Below, one piece after another: positions 60,632-64,000 of a stretch of DNA of 64,000 nucleotides. The position numbers were made by a program, and so were the translations under genes. Positions within the stretch are counted from its first letter, which is position 1, and the number at the start of each line of letters is the position of its first letter. The notes beneath the pieces were generated by a model that saw only the letters and a list, made by a program, of their open reading frames with translations, was not told where the DNA came from and did no database searches. The stretch is from Amoebophrya sp. A120 (Eukaryota > Protista > Dinoflagellata), in the NCBI GenBank assembly GCA_905178155.1, contig CAJINV010000010.1, forward strand, positions 3,864,587-3,928,586, given 5' to 3'.

Positions 60632-63600
60632 ATGCCCTCCTCTCCTGCCGGCGGCCCGGAGGCGAAGCTGCGCCCCGGGGAATCGCCGGACGCAGCCGTA
60701 TCCAATGCAAAAGTATCGTAGTCGTAGCAATCGCAGTCATGCATTGCAAATCTTTTTCGTAAGGCAATTCCCCATTACAAATTTCGTTTCTCATGCTGAG
60801 GAATGCAATTATACGAGTACGATACTTTTGCAATGCATAAGCCGAGGAGCGTGGCAATGAGGCGATGACCGTATCAAACGCAAATATGTTTGGGTGTGGG
60901 AGATGAATGCAAGACTTGTCATGCTTGGCAGAATGGAGAGAAACAAAAGCAAAACCTGGCATGCCTGAAACGATGCATCAAGCCCCTTCGTCTTTGTCAT
61001 GACACAAACGCAGTTTCTCATGCGGATTGCGGATGACATACACATAACAGCTCAGTCAAGAACTTGTGTTGTGTGGGGGCTCCAACGAGAAGGCTCAAGG
61101 CTGCGCACCATGCATCACAAATTTCCAGACCTAGAACCGCATTTGCGATCCATAGATCGAAGCGTTTAACAAGTTGGTACATGCGATCGACTATGCATCG
61201 CAAAAGTATCGTATTTAGTAGTAATTGCATTACAAATTAGCTCAGCATGACAAATGGAATCTGTCACGCGGATTTACCTAATAAAGAACTAGATTTGTAA
61301 TGCATAATTGCGATAATTTCTACGACTTTTGCAATGCATATCGACGGGGAGCGATCCAAGATCAAGCAGTCTTGGACCAGCGTAAACGAGCAGTACCAGA
61401 AGACCCAGCAATTCTGCAACGAATTGAAGCAAGAGACAGAGCAGTGGATCCAGGGCGAAAAAGCAAAAATCGAGGCGGCGTGGCAGGAGATCGAGGCGAC
61501 AAGGAACATATGCATTGCAAAAGTATCGCACTCGTATAAACGCATGACAAATTTCCTCAGCATTACAAATGTAAATTTGTAATGCGGATTCGCCTTGATT
61601 GCTAGATTTGTAATGCATGCCTGCGATTACTACGAGTACGATACTTTTGCACAGGATAGAACAGTCTGAAAGTGCTGGACTCGAGCGATGACACCTTGCT
61701 CAAACTCAGCTGCTCCGGAGTGAATTTCCAATTGAGAAAAGGTATTATATTATTTCAAGCACAGGCGCTTGAAGGATTATAGTTGTCGTTTTCGTGCATA
61801 ATTCTTAACATACACGGGAGACCGTCGAGACGCACGATTTGTAGTGAAGATGCACAGGCACAAGAATTGGTATTGGAATATAATCTGCACAACGTCAACA
61901 TCAACGTCAAAAATTTCTAAAACCCTAGGTGCCCTCGCTTTCGTCCCGGATTCCCATCTGAATGCGCTGTTTGCGGCAGAAAGCTCGCTGAAGAAGGACG
62001 CAGACGGCCGATACGTGCTGGATTTCAATCCCGAATGCTTCGCTCTCATTCTGGATTACGTGAAAAACAAAGCGCTAGCACCGGACAAAAGTACAACTGA
62101 TGTTGACATTGAGATTGCCATGCCGATCGTGAATTTTTGTTTGCGCATCATCATGCGCATGACATACCACATTTCTGCGACTGCGTGTTTCACTGCATCA
62201 GGAACTGTTTGAAATCAAAGGTACCGTCGTCCCCATACCACCGATACCCGCAGAGCAAAGAACAAATATGATAGTCGTGCACAGCCCCCCGCCTCTGCTT
62301 CCCATTCGAGTGGCATGAGCAGTATATCGAAACACCAGTAAACATGGAGCCTGTGGTGCATGACATGAACAATGCCCTAGACCGAATGTAGTACAACTAC
62401 GTGGAGGGCTTGCGGAATCATTTGTCGTGCAGACTGTGCCATCAAAGGGCGTGAACTGGATCTGGCTTTTTGCGCGACAACTGAGGGGGAAAGGGGGTTG
62501 TGCACTCTCATAACGAACATGGACTTGCTGTGCGAAGCCTTGAAATAAGAACTGCAAATAGAAAGTCGTTTCTACTTGGGTCTGAAATGAATAAGCCTGT
62601 TATGCTGAGTTGTGCTGAGAGAGTTATCGATGAAATAAAGCCGCATACGCACACCACGAGCTGCATTTGGGCATGATAATTAAAGTAAGACGTAAAAAGA
62701 AATACAAGTCGCACCAGTTTTTAAGTACTCTATTTTCCAGACCCAGTTCCACTCGATGAATATTTGCAATGCACAGGGAATTTACGTACTTCCTCCCCCC
62801 AAACGAGATGGTGAAGAATCACGGGACTAGTTTGATTGTCACATCAAACATATCCTACGTAAAAACGTCCTAATACCATAGTCAAGGTGGGAGATCTGCA
62901 ACACAAATCTCCAAGTTTTGGGAGTTCTGCATGACAGGTTTCCATCTGCAGCGTACTGCTGGTTAGAAAGGAAAGCCGCATGTGAAAGCCATGCGCTGAC
63001 GCTGTTTACAGCAATAAGTACAAATTCCAGAACACGACTGGAAATGCCTCTCAGTCTCAAGGAGATGCGCATTACAAATTTTCCTGTCACTGAACATTTG
63101 CATGACAACTCTGGGGTGCGGACGCTTTTACACAGGATAAAACACCGCGGAAAGCACGCACGACGGCTGGCAGTTGATCTCGGCGGCACACCCCTTGCGA
63201 AACAGCAGAAGAGGCTACTTCGAGGCGAAGGTATATGAATGTGAAGTCTGTGCATGATGACAAGATCTTCTTGTGATGCCCGTCTGTGCATAGACAAATA
63301 GAAAGTTAAAGCTCAGCACTGTGACTGTCAGTCAGCTTCTCTATCGGCAAAAATGAACCAGATCGAATCCAATTCGGACCCCCGTGGTGGCCTGGCGATC
63401 GGCGTGACCGCTGTGCAGCCGAGTGGTGATACGATCCACCAGCTGAAGCAGAAATTTGGTGTACTTTACAACAGCAACAACGGGGTGATCGACGCGGATT
63501 GCACGGGAACGACGGACGTTACGAAGCAGGTCATGTTTAAGGAGGGCTCGGTCATCGGGTGCGAGTACAACCCGGATACCTTCCTGGTCCGGTGGTTTTT

Positions 63601-63973
63601 CTATGACAGTGCACAACTCCCCCTCCCCCACATTGGTATAGCATCAACGGCAATACAAGCATCATCAAAAGTGCCGGCTTTGCATGACAAAGTTGCACTG
63701 GAGTGTAGTGCTATTTGGGGTACCAGAACTTGTCATGCAAACAGTGCCAAGGAAGAGGCAAGTGGTGGATTCGGTATTTTGCGTGACAAATGAGGGGGAG
63801 GGGGAGTTGTGCACTCTCATACTTTCAACTCCCAGCTTATCGGCAGCTGCTCCGTGAAAGCGGAAAAAACGGACAAGTTTGCGGTGGTCTACCCAGTGTT
63901 CGGGCTCTACGCGAAGGGACAGAAGATAAAAATCGACTTCCAGGCCCTGCTGCCGCCGAGTGCGTCCAGTTGA
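60632..63973 (+). CDS. Coiled-coil + KCTD-type BTB/POZ + SPRY domain protein; eight introners and three GT-AG introns
   Basis: LKLSCSGVNFQLRKGAL..DSHLNALF..DADGRYVLDFNPECFALILDYV (BTB); GYFEAKI..LAIGVT..FKEGSVIGCEY..WFFN..YPVFGLY (SPRY). Confidence 0.8.
60699..60839. mobile_element. Introner, family E
   Basis: TIRs; DR agccg/agccg. Confidence 0.9.
60872..61154. mobile_element. Introner, family A
   Basis: Imperfect TIRs; DR gaccg/gatcg. Confidence 0.85.
61192..61340. mobile_element. Introner, family E
   Basis: TIRs; DR tcgac/tcgac. Confidence 0.9.
61509..61658. mobile_element. Introner, family E
   Basis: TIRs; DR gaaca/gaaca. Confidence 0.9.
62267..62512. mobile_element. Introner, family H
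   Basis: Imperfect TIRs; DR acaaa/acgaa. Confidence 0.85.
62546..62775. mobile_element. Decayed introner, family A-like
   Basis: Ends taagaactgcaaata / tatttgcaatgcaca; DR tgaaa/gggaa (creates ..cacag| acceptor). Confidence 0.7.
62851..63139. mobile_element. Introner, family F
   Basis: TIRs; DR aaaca/aaaca. Confidence 0.9.
63602..63821. mobile_element. Introner, family H
   Basis: TIRs; DR ttttc/ctttc; removal gives RWFFNSQL. Confidence 0.9.
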
Positions 63974-64000
63974 GGTGCGACACGGGGCGGGGACAGCTAC

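Noticed and set aside
3359-63821. Recurrent peptide motifs in short ORFs (FQTQTFLHLI, CAKVSYS, SNAKMSGSG, KIPPPHIE) suggesting a protein family
   Set aside because: They are translations of the TIRs in various frames, not genes
2835-63973. Fragmented ORFs as pseudogenes, alternative genetic code or programmed frameshifting
   Set aside because: Standard code with element removal gives continuous frames with intact catalytic motifs; only 31463-33949 looks disrupted

Overview
Eukaryotic genomic DNA that closely matches the known architecture of the parasitic dinoflagellate (Syndiniales) Amoebophrya; the taxon is inferred, not proven. About 13 genes, all on the + strand, are interrupted by about 60 short MITE-like elements (mostly 136-410 bp) in at least 9 terminal-inverted-repeat (TIR) families. 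Nearly all run TAT...ATA and are flanked by 5-bp direct repeats (DR). Removing an element plus one DR copy restores the reading frame and rebuilds conserved motifs, so they act as non-canonical (non GT-AG) introns, i.e. introners. Genes rebuilt by hand: Tpt1/KptA 2'-phosphotransferase with a very long low-complexity tail, a 2OG-Fe(II) oxygenase, an RWD-RING E3, a MYCBP-like protein, a family X DNA polymerase, TRAPPC1/Bet5, a cluster of secreted Cys-rich or F-type-lectin-like proteins, and a BTB-SPRY protein. Other observations: same-family elements sit in both orientations in coding sequence; the splice appears to fall after base 1 of the DR, with a graded decay series toward GT-AG introns; a tandem duplication gives empty and filled sites; a Helitron-like element is nested in one introner; there is a 2.9-kb foldback TIR element; and two inserts are flanked by 45-55 bp duplications. 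No transposase gene was seen. Coordinates were read by eye and may be off by 1-2 nt.
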